From an uncultured archaeon (lineage in GTDB: Archaea; Asgardarchaeota; Lokiarchaeia; Sigyniarchaeales; SOKP01), in assembly GCA_964388035.1 (NCBI GenBank), contig CAYLZE010000008.1, forward strand, positions 3,176 through 67,175: DNA of 64,000 bases. The letters are read 5' to 3'. The notes under the pieces were generated by a model that was not told where the DNA came from, ran no database searches, and worked only from the letters and a program-made list of their open reading frames with translations. Shown here piece after piece: positions 1-9,993 of this stretch. The position numbers were made by a program, and so were the translations under genes. Numbering within the stretch: the stretch's first letter is position 1; each line of letters starts with the position of its first letter.

Positions 1-195
1 TTTCTTTCACTTTAAATTTAAAGAGATGTAAAAGAATGTTACTTTTGAGTAAAAGCAATGAATAATCATTTAAGATTTGGTTTTTTTTGAATTTATTTTT
101 TCGAAATTACATGACTCATTTAAAAATGAATTACAATTATACATGAAATAAATTCTATCCATGACTAAATTTATTATATATATAGGTGAAGAAAA

Positions 196-1017
196 ATGAG
201 TCAAAAAATAAGTACCATAGCTATAATTGGCGCGGGATTTATGGGGCGGCAATTTATTGCAAAAAATGCGATTTTAGATTATAACGTTCGAGTTTTCGAT
301 GTTGAAAAAGAAGAAACAGCAAAATACGTCCGATCCATGGATCGAAAAAAAAAACGTAAAAACAAGACCGGAGACGTTTCTTTTCACGAAACGATACCAG
401 AGGCTGTTGCTGATGCGGATTTCATTATTGAAGCCGTTCCAGAAATTTTAGAGTTGAAACGTGAAATTTTTGCACAAATTGATAAAGCAGCTCCCCCTCA
501 TGCTGTCATTGCCACAAATAGCTCCTCGATTCCTGTTTCAAAAATTGAAGATGCAGTAGAACGAAGAGATAAAGTAATTAACGTCCATTTTTATAATTTA
601 ACCACCATTCCCATGGCAGATCTCATGAGAGGGACGCAAACCAGTGATGCAACCTTTGAAATAAGCAAGAATTGGGTGGAAAGCATGGAAATCACTCCTA
701 TCATAGTTAAGAAGGAGTGCTATGGATTCGTCTTTAATAGGATTTGGAGAGCTGTTAAAAAAGAATGCATCGAGATCTGGGCGGAAGGAAGTGCCGATAT
801 TGAAGAAGTAGATAAATCATGGAGGATATTTACGGGGATGGGCCTAGGACCTTATCAATTGATGGATGCGGTGGGGTTAGACGTGGTTTTAGATATTGAA
901 ATGTCTTATTATAAACACACTGGAGATCCCAGAGATAAACCCCCAGAAACCTTTAAGAAAAAAGTTGAGCGTGGAGAACTGGGACTAAAGACAAAAAAAG
1001 GATTTTATACTTATTAA
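196..1017 (+). CDS. 3-hydroxyacyl-CoA dehydrogenase family protein
   Basis: Rossmann GAGFMG, IIEAVPE, ATNSSS, HFYN, GFVFNR, MGLGP..LMD.VGLD, GELGLKT.KGFY motifs. Confidence 0.92.
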   Translation: MSQKISTIAIIGAGFMGRQFIAKNAILDYNVRVFDVEKEETAKYVRSMDRKKKRKNKTGDVSFHETIPEAVADADFIIEAVPEILELKREIFAQIDKAAPPHAVIATNSSSIPVSKIEDAVERRDKVINVHFYNLTTIPMADLMRGTQTSDATFEISKNWVESMEITPIIVKKECYGFVFNRIWRAVKKECIEIWAEGSADIEEVDKSWRIFTGMGLGPYQLMDAVGLDVVLDIEMSYYKHTGDPRDKPPETFKKKVERGELGLKTKKGFYTY

Positions 1018-1574
1018 AAATATAAAAATATCTAAAATTTTTTTTTAAAATAGGCAGTTTTATTTCAGACTAAAAATTATATCTCTCTTTATCATTATCT
1101 TTTATAAAAATGATATAATAATAAATTAAATTATATTATATTTTAAAAATTACGATTATTTATCCAATTCCGTATTATTCTATAAATTCCATCATTATCA
1201 ACAGGCATTTTATCTCTTAGAACCATCCGAAAGACTATATTACTAAAACATATTTATAGTATTGATAAAATCTCCTACTTACGATAGACAGTTCATTAGA
1301 ACTTTAATGATAAAGAATTTGACAGAAAAATTTCTTTAAATTTTTAATTTTTTCCTTATGAATGGAATAATTATACAAAAAAAAAGCTCTAATTTTATTC
1401 TTAATTTTTCATTTTTAAAAAATCATTTTTTATCCCGTTCCATCAGCACGGAAATATTTCGATATTATATATACTTATGATGATGATTAGGGAATAACTA
1501 TTAAAATAATACTTAACTTTAAATCATAGGGATATTATAAGATAACTTAAGATCACAAAATATGGGGAATTCGC

Positions 1575-2081
1575 ATGAATAGTGATAACCAAAAAGAGAT
1601 CGCGAAATTGATAAAAGGGATAATTATCTGTAAGAGTACTGGTGAGTACCTTTTAGATTTAATCTTGGATTCTAAAATTAATCCCATCTTGTTATCTTCA
1701 TTTATTGGAGCGCTTTCCATGTTCGGTAAAGATAGCCTTGGTAAGATTGAAGAAATCACGATCAAGGGGTTAGACGTGCAGATGATTACAGTAAGCGCCC
1801 ATGAGCTTATTTTGATTACCATTTTGGATAAAAATTTTATGTCCAAAGATGCTCGATTTGAAGCGGAAAAGGCATTGGACATGTTTTACACGTTATATCA
1901 AGATGAGATTGATAGCTGCGAGAATATTTCGAAATTCAAAATGTTTAAACTCATTTTGTACAAGCAAATTGAAGAATATTTCAACAAATTGAACACTCCT
2001 GAACAAGATAAGGATATCAAGGATTTTGGTTTTTTTACAGAAGCAATTTTGAAGATGCGCGAAGAAAAAATGGTAAAGTAA
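1575..2081 (+). CDS. Longin-like (profilin/roadblock-fold) domain protein, Asgard type
   Basis: beta-beta (GIIICKSTGEYLL), helix (LLSSFIGALSMFG), three beta strands, then two helices with F..LY and F..F; pattern typical of longin domains. Confidence 0.6.
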   Translation: MNSDNQKEIAKLIKGIIICKSTGEYLLDLILDSKINPILLSSFIGALSMFGKDSLGKIEEITIKGLDVQMITVSAHELILITILDKNFMSKDARFEAEKALDMFYTLYQDEIDSCENISKFKMFKLILYKQIEEYFNKLNTPEQDKDIKDFGFFTEAILKMREEKMVK

Positions 2082-2237
2082 AGTATAAATCCGAAATTTT
2101 GTCAAAAATAAGATTTTACTAACTATATTCATTTCTCTTCTTTTTCAAAGTTAACAAAATCACTCATACATGGTCATATTTTTTACTTCAAGATTTCTGA
2201 TAAGAAATTTTTATTTCTCGAAACGATTCTTCCATTC

Positions 2238-2750
2238 ATGAATAGCAACTTAGATTTTAAATTTGTCGATAAAGAAATTAGAAAGAAAACTTTCGGAATA
2301 TTAACGACCACTAATCCCGATGGAACACCACACACTACCGGTGTTCTATATGGCGTTTCTCCTCCCAACTCGGATTTTTTTTTCTTTATCTTAACCTCTT
2401 CAAAGTACAAAAAAGCAATAAATATCCGAAGTAATGCTAATATCTCCTTCATCATTCCATTTCCCCATCACATGATGCGATTTGTTCCTTCTGGAACGAT
2501 TTTAATCAATGGAAAGGCGCAAATCGTGCCAATTAAAGACGAAATACTCGAAATTTTTTCTCAAAAAAATATTCTTCGAATGATTATTAAGGATGTTCAT
2601 GAGAAATCCGAAGATTGGATTTTTTTAAAAATTATCCCCCATCCCAAGATCCTCTGTTATGCCGTCGGAATGAGTATCTGGAAATTAAGAGGTTCTCATG
2701 CAGAAGGCGGATATTCCCTACTTATCCCTGAAGATAGAAGGGAAAAATAA
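2238..2750 (+). CDS. Pyridoxamine 5'-phosphate oxidase-like (split-barrel flavin/F420-binding) protein
   Basis: GILTTTNPDGTPHT, KKAINIRSNANIS, INGKA motifs. Confidence 0.8.
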   Translation: MNSNLDFKFVDKEIRKKTFGILTTTNPDGTPHTTGVLYGVSPPNSDFFFFILTSSKYKKAINIRSNANISFIIPFPHHMMRFVPSGTILINGKAQIVPIKDEILEIFSQKNILRMIIKDVHEKSEDWIFLKIIPHPKILCYAVGMSIWKLRGSHAEGGYSLLIPEDRREK

Positions 2751-2779
2751 ATTATAAATTACTTTTCATTCTTTTTATA

Positions 2780-3673
2780 TCAAAAATCACTCGTTTTTTC
2801 TTTAAAAATTAAATCTCCTATTTTTACTCCATATTTAGTGAAAATTCTCTCCATTAAAATGCATTTTGCTTTTAATAGATAGAAGATAGGTTTGGTTGAC
2901 TTTACTGTTCCATATAAACATTCAAAATTCCCTTGTCCCTTCGATAAAATTATACCTTTCTCTGAATAAAAATAGGTTTTGAACTTGTCTGAAATATTTA
3001 AAAGATCCACTCCCGGGATAGGACTGGATTCGATAACTTCAATCATCTCAGTCAATCCGACTTCAATCGCATCTTCCATCGTTGCATCATTTATTATTGG
3101 AATAGCTCTCACCGCATAAATAATTTTGATGTCAGGATAGAATTCTCTTAAAATAGTCACTAATAATTTATCAAACACGATCTCGCCAGAATTGTCTCCA
3201 ATAATTAATAACTCCTCGGCGTTCTCCAGATATTTCTTGAACGCGGGATAATCATTTACCACCAATTTACTCGGCGAAAAATGCTTGAGATCCTGGAGCA
3301 AATCAATATCATGCTGGCCAGCAAAATCAATAGTGTTGCCTAATGCTGCAATTACTAAAGCCTCAAAAACTGGGTCTTCCGCATTATTGACGTGTTCCAT
3401 TATCTCATCGTAATGTTCCAAGGCAAGGGCATTATATTTTTTTTTCAATTCGGAATAGGGATCAGAATTCCCTATTATTTTAGCTACCAAGCCATACAGA
3501 TAAGAACCAACGTGAGGCGCGCTGATTTCATCAAAATTCTTGTCCATCAGGTATTCCATCAATTGTTTTTGTGCAGAAATCATCTCTTCGGGAGAAACAG
3601 TCTTGTTTAAGTATTTAAAGGCGTTTAAAATCTGATTAAATAGACATCCAACACATTCCGGTTCAAGTCTCAT
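2780..3673 (-). CDS. DUF89/ARMT1-like damage-control phosphatase
   Basis: N-terminal ECVGC, DPY..LK, GNTIDF, DNSGE..FD, IINDAT, SKGQGNFE, KAKC. Confidence 0.92.
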   Translation of the reverse strand: MRLEPECVGCLFNQILNAFKYLNKTVSPEEMISAQKQLMEYLMDKNFDEISAPHVGSYLYGLVAKIIGNSDPYSELKKKYNALALEHYDEIMEHVNNAEDPVFEALVIAALGNTIDFAGQHDIDLLQDLKHFSPSKLVVNDYPAFKKYLENAEELLIIGDNSGEIVFDKLLVTILREFYPDIKIIYAVRAIPIINDATMEDAIEVGLTEMIEVIESSPIPGVDLLNISDKFKTYFYSEKGIILSKGQGNFECLYGTVKSTKPIFYLLKAKCILMERIFTKYGVKIGDLIFKEKTSDF

Positions 3674-3942
3674 TTCTTAAAAAAAGGAACTGATTATTAA
3701 ATAATAAAATAGAACAAAATTTTAATTGTTTATTAATTGTTAATTGTTTGAACCTACAGAATTCATGAATAAAAAAATGCGATATTTTTTTTTGAATCAT
3801 TAAAACTATCCAAATAGCTCTTGGATTTCATAAAATTCATTGAGAAATTAAGAATATCTCGAATAATAATAAAAATATTTAATACCCTTTCTTCTTTTTC
3901 TACATAATTAATTAAATTTTTTAGAAAAAAAGTGATGAAAAA

Positions 3943-5271
3943 ATGGCAGAACAAAGTCCAAAAGAGAAATTAAACTTGCCGCTTGTTTTTTATATTGGAT
4001 TAGCATTTTTTACAACAGGGATTTCCTGGTCTCTTTATGATACTCAAGTTAACCGTCAGCTTAATGTATATTTTGGATTATTGCTAATCGTAGGCTTTTT
4101 AATGGCCTTAGATAATATCATTGGAGTAATTATCCAACCGATAATGGGAGCAGTATCCGATAATACGCGCTCTAAATTGGGCCGAAGAACTCCATATATT
4201 ATCGTGGGAGTAATCGTTTCCGCTATCTTTTTTGCTTTAATACCAATGGGATTTGGCACATCGTTTTGGATTCTTTTATTATGGATGTTTTGTTTCAGTA
4301 TTGGTATGGCTTTTTATCGCTCTCAAGCAGTGGCATTAATGCCCGACTTTATTCGTCCTTATAACCGCAGTAAAGCAAACGCTATTATAAATTTAATGGG
4401 AGGAATCGGAGCAGTCGTTGCTTTCACTCTTTCGCTAGTTTCGGACTATATTGGATTACAAGTAACATTCATTATTGTCTCTATAATCATGGTGGGTGCT
4501 TTGGGAGTTTTCGTGTGGAAAGTCAAGGAGTTAAAATCGTATAGTTATCAGTTACTAATTCAAAAAGAAGCCCAAGAAGGAAAAAAGATTAAAGACCGAG
4601 TGGATAAACCGCGCCTGATTGAAAGTCTTAAAGATGTAGCTCATGAAAAAGATAAAAGTACGTTATTAATGCTTTTCGCCATATTCTTTTGGTTTGTAGG
4701 TTATCAAGGAATTCAGTCGTTATTTACAATATATGCCACGGATCCAAGTATCCTTAATTTGACCCCAGGGGTTGCAGGATTCATGCTAAATTTCGTTGCG
4801 ATTCCCTTCATAATTTTTGCTATTCCAGCTGGGATAATCTCCACGAGAATCGGGCGACGCCTTACAATTAAAATTGGGCTGATAATCATGTCAGCAAGTC
4901 TGATTATAGGGTCGTTTTTGATAATAGAAACACCCAATATCATTATTTTGAGCATTATTTTAATTTTTGCTGGCATTGGATGGGCATTAGTTAACGTGAA
5001 TTCGATCGTGATAGTGTGGGAATTGGCTCCAAATATCGAAAAAGTAGGCACGTATACTGGCTTATATTACTTTTTTAGCGTTCTTGCGGCTATTTTAGGA
5101 CCTTCGATTGTAGGGGGTGTCACTGATTTAACGGGCACTTCTTATCTCCTATTAAATGCTTCTATATTCCTAATTGTCTCCTTGATCTTCATGCTTCTTG
5201 TTCGACGGGGAGAAGTGGAGTTAACCGAAGAAGAAAAATTGGCACGGCAAAAAGTTATTCAAGAATTATAA
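3943..5271 (+). CDS. MFS transporter (SLC45/maltose-sucrose-like)
   Basis: About 12 hydrophobic segments; SDNTRSKLGRRTPY, ALMPD, STRIGRR motifs. Confidence 0.9.
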   Translation: MAEQSPKEKLNLPLVFYIGLAFFTTGISWSLYDTQVNRQLNVYFGLLLIVGFLMALDNIIGVIIQPIMGAVSDNTRSKLGRRTPYIIVGVIVSAIFFALIPMGFGTSFWILLLWMFCFSIGMAFYRSQAVALMPDFIRPYNRSKANAIINLMGGIGAVVAFTLSLVSDYIGLQVTFIIVSIIMVGALGVFVWKVKELKSYSYQLLIQKEAQEGKKIKDRVDKPRLIESLKDVAHEKDKSTLLMLFAIFFWFVGYQGIQSLFTIYATDPSILNLTPGVAGFMLNFVAIPFIIFAIPAGIISTRIGRRLTIKIGLIIMSASLIIGSFLIIETPNIIILSIILIFAGIGWALVNVNSIVIVWELAPNIEKVGTYTGLYYFFSVLAAILGPSIVGGVTDLTGTSYLLLNASIFLIVSLIFMLLVRRGEVELTEEEKLARQKVIQEL

Positions 5272-5668
5272 ATCTATTTTTTAATTTTTATTTTCATTTT
5301 ATTACTTAACTTTTTCTCAAAAGATTTGGAACACTTTTCGAAATGAAAATCATCCTTTAAATGGAAGCTATCTCCATCTAATTTTAATCCAAATCCCCGA
5401 TTTGAATTGCCCACTCTTAGATTATATCTAATAGAATAAAAAATTATGGTCTATTGCTGAAGCAATTTGTTTATCATCAGACCTACTATTTTTTCATGTA
5501 TCAAGAAAAATTAAGGAATCTGCTTTCTTTCTTCACTTTGATTTATTACTTCTTAGTTCTTGAAATTATAAAAGAGGACAATTTAAAAAATATCAACTGC
5601 TTTGTATTATATCAATGTCTAGTTTTCATTTCTGTATTAATTAAAAACAAAATGAAATTTTAGAAAAA

Positions 5669-6421
5669 ATGGATACTATTAGAATTGATGAAATGAATTG
5701 GGTGGATATTAAACAAAAAATAGAAAATGGTTTCACGACAGTAATTTTTGGAGCGGGCTCTACAGAACAACACGGGCCCTCTTTACCTGAACAAACGGAT
5801 GCGCTTCAAGCAGATAGATTCGCTAATTTAATCGCAAGAGAGCTTGGAAATACTTTACAAGCACCTACTATAAACGTGGGATACTCTGACCATCATTTAA
5901 ACTTCGCTGGTACGGTTTCCTTGCGGGAATCAACCTTAATTGCGATAATAGAAGATTACATAAATAGCTTGGCAAGACATGGATTCAAAAATATTGTAAT
6001 ATTCATTTCTCATGGAGGGAATGAAGAATCTGTCAAGGAAGCAGTTAATTCAATGCAACCAAAATATCCTGATAAAAAAATCTTTTACTATTACACTCAA
6101 GATATCTATCCTGCCGTTAGAGCAATGGGCCAAAAATATGGCTTGACTATAGGAGAGATGGGATCTCATGCCGGGGACATGGAAGCCTCCATGGTATTAT
6201 ATCTTGCTCCCGAATTGGTAAATAAGGATCGCTTGGTTAAGGGCTTGACTGATATGATAACCCCCAGATTAAGGAAAAAATTCAGGGCGGAGGGCTTCAA
6301 TTCCATCACGGAAAATGGGGTGGTAGGGGATCAAACTAGAGCTTCTGCCGAAAAAGGAAAGGATTACATTGAACATTTTAAAGAAGTTGCACTAAATTAT
6401 ATTAGAAAAAGCCTAAGTTAA
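5669..6421 (+). CDS. Creatininase/creatinine amidohydrolase family protein
   Basis: GSTEQHGPSLP..TD, SDHH..FAGT, SHGGN, HAG..E.S, GVVGD motifs. Confidence 0.92.
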   Translation: MDTIRIDEMNWVDIKQKIENGFTTVIFGAGSTEQHGPSLPEQTDALQADRFANLIARELGNTLQAPTINVGYSDHHLNFAGTVSLRESTLIAIIEDYINSLARHGFKNIVIFISHGGNEESVKEAVNSMQPKYPDKKIFYYYTQDIYPAVRAMGQKYGLTIGEMGSHAGDMEASMVLYLAPELVNKDRLVKGLTDMITPRLRKKFRAEGFNSITENGVVGDQTRASAEKGKDYIEHFKEVALNYIRKSLS

Positions 6422-6498
6422 TTTCATTTTTATTATATTTTGATTTTAGTTTTTAGACGCTCTCAATTTTAATCATTAAAAAGAAAAAAGGGAGAAAA

Positions 6499-6651
6499 TT
6501 AAAAAGCTATTTTAACTTTAATTGATTTTTTTTTCTCGGGTATCCCTTTTGCTGATTTTAAATACCCCAAGATCAAATTAGTGAGCATTTCCTGCATCAT
6601 GTCATTCAAAGGGACTTCCTCTGAATTGACCTCTAATTTAATTTCTACCAT
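6499..6651 (-). CDS. Small 50-aa protein resembling the C-terminal domain of archaeal MobB (below ORF-track cutoff)
   Basis: Manual translation MVEIKLEVNSEEVPLNDMMQEMLTNLILGYLKSAKGIPEKKKSIKVKIAF; L.VN...PLN....L...KG pattern; followed by an oligo-T tract. Confidence 0.6.
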   Translation of the reverse strand: MVEIKLEVNSEEVPLNDMMQEMLTNLILGYLKSAKGIPEKKKSIKVKIAF

Positions 6652-6770
6652 AAATTTATATAAAATTCTCTAAATAATAAAATTTTATATGATTAACTAT
6701 TAATTAGGATAGTGAGCCATGAAAAGCAACCTTGCATGAAGCTTCCTAAAGATGAATTGCTTTTAGATCA

Positions 6771-7145
6771 TTAAACAGAAAGGTTTTCTAAAGCCTTTAC
6801 TATTTCCGGGGTAATGTGATGTTCAATTTTACAGCATAACTCCTTGATAATGGTCTCATCTTCTAATTTTAATATGTTAGTGAAAAACTCACGCAAGTCT
6901 TTATATCTTCGAAGAGTATATTTAGCAACATTTTTCCCATTTGCAGTTAATCTTAGAGATTTTCGAGGATTCCAATCAATTAAGTTCCTTTTTTTAAGTT
7001 TATATAACATGTCTGTTACGGAAGAAGGCTTCACGTTCATGATCCTTGCAATTTCTGAATTAGTCACCCATCCGCCCTTTCTAGACTTAGAAATTGAGTA
7101 AATTGCCTTCAGGTAATCTTCATGACTTTCGTTTAATTCAAACAT
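6771..7145 (-). CDS. DtxR/MntR-family metal-dependent transcriptional regulator
   Basis: EDYLKAIY, IAR.MNVKPSSVTDML..L, LT..G, CKIEHH. Confidence 0.92.
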   Translation of the reverse strand: MFELNESHEDYLKAIYSISKSRKGGWVTNSEIARIMNVKPSSVTDMLYKLKKRNLIDWNPRKSLRLTANGKNVAKYTLRRYKDLREFFTNILKLEDETIIKELCCKIEHHITPEIVKALENLSV

Positions 7146-7188
7146 GGTTCTATTACGTTAAAAATAATTAAAAAATTAAAAAAAAAAA

Positions 7189-7569
7189 TTATTTTTCTTG
7201 TTCTAATTCTTGAATTCTTTTTGAAATATCTTCTAAAGCGGTTTGAATTCCTTTTAATTCGGATTCCATGTAGTCTTTTTCTTGCTTTAGCACGGTTAAT
7301 TGATCCGCAGAACCAATAGGAACGGGAACATTATATACGGGTGCTGCTGGAGAATAATAAGGATCATAAGCGGTATATCCCCATCCATAACCCCTTCCAT
7401 ACCAGCCTCGACCACGTCCTCGACCCCAATAACCTCTCCCTCTTCCACGCCCCCATCCCATTCCAGGGCCTCTGGTGTATCCTGGCGTGCTATAGCCTGC
7501 GCAATAACCTAATGCTCGTCCTGTCATGGGACCCATTCCTGCGGGTCCCGTTCTATCTCCACCGGGCAT
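7189..7569 (-). CDS. DUF5320 family protein (Gly/Arg-rich, C-terminal coiled coil)
   Basis: MPGGDRTGP.GMGPMTGRALGYCAG signature, GRGRG repeats, coiled-coil tail; AGGAGTGA RBS upstream. Confidence 0.9.
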   Translation of the reverse strand: MPGGDRTGPAGMGPMTGRALGYCAGYSTPGYTRGPGMGWGRGRGRGYWGRGRGRGWYGRGYGWGYTAYDPYYSPAAPVYNVPVPIGSADQLTVLKQEKDYMESELKGIQTALEDISKRIQELEQEK

Positions 7570-7623
7570 TTTTTATTTTTTTCACTCCTTAATTTTGTTT
7601 TATTTTTATTTTATTTCTAATAT

Positions 7624-7666
7624 TATGAATGATTATTCATATTTAAATATTATGAATATATATTCA
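7624..7666. promoter_or_regulatory. Two palindromic operators (TGAAT-N4-ATTCA) flanking a TATA-like box upstream of DUF5320-mntR
   Basis: TATGAATgattATTCATA at 7624-7641 and TGAATatatATTCA at 7653-7666, with TTTAAATA between them. Confidence 0.65.
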
Positions 7667-7856
7667 GTAATTAATAAAAAAAAATCCTTATAATAATTAG
7701 GTTTAAAAAAAATTGAAAGATAATATGAAGAGACTTGCCAGGATTAATCTGATAATTATTTTATTCTATAGTTTTATATATTCATAAACTCCAATACCTT
7801 CTTAATCAGAAAAATTAAGAAAAAAAAAAGAATAAAATAGCATTTCAATCGGAGAA

Positions 7857-8657
7857 TTAAGTTATCTCCATTTTGTTAAAAAAATGTGCTCCTAATGCAA
7901 TTAAAGCAACTCCAAAGCCAATTACAACCAAGAAATCGAGCCAAATGGGAAAGAACGCCACGTCCAAAATAATAAATCTAAATAAGTCCACGGAATATGC
8001 AAAAGGATTAAAAAGCATAGCAATTTGCATGTAAACCGGTATTGTATTATAAGCAAACAGTGCACCAGAGAAAAAGAATAGTGGCATGACGATAAAGGTC
8101 TGAATTAAACCAAAAGTTTGGAAGTCTTTCATCCGAGCTCCAATTACTAAACCTAAGCCCACGATTCCCAAACTGGCCAGTAAAGCAATAGGAACATATA
8201 ATAGACCGCGCCAGATGAGATCTGTTCCATAGCCAAAGTAACCAAATGCAATACTAATAAGAAAAATGATTATACTCTGAATTAATGTCTGCAATGCTAA
8301 ACCAATGGTTCTTCCTAGCATCAGAATTTGACGACTGGTAGGAGACACGATTAATTCCCTAATGAAACCAAACATTTTATCTCTCATGAGCCCCATGCCT
8401 CCGAATACCCCAGAAAATAAAATGACCATTGCACATATTCCTGATGCAATGAAGGCTTGAGAACTTACATGGATGCCACTTATTGAGATGTTAAAGGAAG
8501 AAAACCCTCCGCTAAAAACGAGCAGGAACAATATTCCTTGAACAAAAGAGGAGATTATCCGCGTTTTATTTCTCCAAAAATCCAAAATCTCTCGTCTTGC
8601 TAGCACCCAAACCGCTGATAACAACATTTTCGTGTTAAAAGTAATTATTTCTCCCAT
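7857..8657 (-). CDS. ABC-2 type exporter permease (DrrB-like)
   Basis: Six TM segments; RD...GFIRELIVSP.SR, PLFFFSGA, NPFAY.VD. Confidence 0.92.
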   Translation of the reverse strand: MGEIITFNTKMLLSAVWVLARREILDFWRNKTRIISSFVQGILFLLVFSGGFSSFNISISGIHVSSQAFIASGICAMVILFSGVFGGMGLMRDKMFGFIRELIVSPTSRQILMLGRTIGLALQTLIQSIIIFLISIAFGYFGYGTDLIWRGLLYVPIALLASLGIVGLGLVIGARMKDFQTFGLIQTFIVMPLFFFSGALFAYNTIPVYMQIAMLFNPFAYSVDLFRFIILDVAFFPIWLDFLVVIGFGVALIALGAHFFNKMEIT

Positions 8658-8664
8658 TTTTTTC

Positions 8665-9993
8665 TCACTTCCTCAGATTTCTCAATTGAATTAATTTTTT
8701 TATATTTTGGGTAAAATCAGACTTTTCTTCACGGATCGCACTTCCCACGTAATGGAGAAATACGTCTTCCAAGGTAGGTTGATGCATACTTATATTTTTT
8801 ATTGCCAATTTACTGTCATTAATTTTTTGCACGATTGAAGAGAGTTGTTTGCTCCCATTTTCACATGATATCGATAATTTAGGTTCCAATCCATCTTTAT
8901 CCAATAGATTTTCTCCCTTTTTTATTTTAACAATTTGTTCCTTAACGGTATCTGGAAGTTGGTCAATGAGATTGTCCGTAAATAAGCTTGCTATCCTCTT
9001 TTTCGCTTCTAAAGGCGCATTTAAGAACATTTGCGTGGACATGGGGTATTTATTCAATGCCTTTATAAGTTTCTTGGGATCTGACATGATACCCCGCATT
9101 TGTGCCTGAATTATTTGGGGATTTAAATTTTTCATGCCAGGAGGAAGATTTAATTCCATTTGTTGGGCATCTTGACGATTCTCAGAATCTGCGATAGAGA
9201 CATTTTTAACACCGCTGATCTCTTTTATTTGGGAGAGAATTTCAGGTAATTTTAAAGGATTTTCAATCTTTTCTAATTGAATATCAATGACATCTCCCGA
9301 AAGGTGCTTTTTAAGATTTTCAGAAGTATCCAATGCCAATATTTTCCCGTGGTCCATGATACAAATTCGATCTGCGAGCTCATCCGCTTCTTCCATGTAA
9401 TGGGTGGTAATTAAAATGGTCATTTCTAATTCTCCTTGATTTAATTCCTTTATTTTATCCCATATTTTTCTTCTAGTCTGTGGGTCTAATCCAAGTGTAG
9501 GTTCATCCAAAAAGAGAATTTTAGGGTCATGTAGTAAGCCCCTTGCAATTTCCAAACGGCGTTTCATGCCTCCTGAATAATTTTTAACGAAAGTTTTAGC
9601 TCTATCTTCTAGGTCAACTAGTTTCAATACATCTTGTATCTTTTTTTTCCTTTTACCCGAAGATATGCCATATAAAATGGCATGGAGTTCCAGATTTTCC
9701 CAACCTGTCATTTCATTGTCTAATGCGGGTTCTTGAAACACGATGCCAATGCTTTTTCTCACCATGCCTGAATTTTTTTCCACGTCATAGTTATTGACAA
9801 TCGCTTGTCCTTTAGTTAGTGGTAATAACGTGGATAGAATGCTGATCGTGGTCGTTTTACCGGCACCATTTGGTCCTAAAAGCGCAAATATTTCTCCCTT
9901 TTCAATTGAAAAACTTATATCATCAACAGCCAATACATTTCCGGTGTCATAGATTTTGGTTAAATCCTTTATTTCAATTATCTTTTCACTCAA
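8665..9993 (-). CDS. ABC exporter ATP-binding subunit (DrrA-like) with about 100-aa helical insertion
   Basis: GPNGAGKTT, YSGGMKRRLEIA, LFLDEPT, TTHYMEEA, PTLEDVFL. Confidence 0.93.
   Translation of the reverse strand: MSEKIIEIKDLTKIYDTGNVLAVDDISFSIEKGEIFALLGPNGAGKTTTISILSTLLPLTKGQAIVNNYDVEKNSGMVRKSIGIVFQEPALDNEMTGWENLELHAILYGISSGKRKKKIQDVLKLVDLEDRAKTFVKNYSGGMKRRLEIARGLLHDPKILFLDEPTLGLDPQTRRKIWDKIKELNQGELEMTILITTHYMEEADELADRICIMDHGKILALDTSENLKKHLSGDVIDIQLEKIENPLKLPEILSQIKEISGVKNVSIADSENRQDAQQMELNLPPGMKNLNPQIIQAQMRGIMSDPKKLIKALNKYPMSTQMFLNAPLEAKKRIASLFTDNLIDQLPDTVKEQIVKIKKGENLLDKDGLEPKLSISCENGSKQLSSIVQKINDSKLAIKNISMHQPTLEDVFLHYVGSAIREEKSDFTQNIKKLIQLRNLRK

Noticed and set aside
5454-5663. Tracked short ORFs in AT-rich intergenic DNA (also 3763..3954, 31833..32042, 55790..56011, 56149..56331)
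   Set aside because: F/I/L/N/K-biased composition typical of random AT-rich frames; no RBS or motif
6722-6764. Hairpin containing ATGA...TGA that resembles a eukaryote-type SECIS
   Set aside because: The segment between the putative quartet halves is too short and unpaired, and no nearby gene has an in-frame TGA at a Cys position
7370-7470. GC-rich short repeats
   Set aside because: They encode the GRGRG/GWG low-complexity tract of DUF5320; not a CRISPR or DNA repeat element
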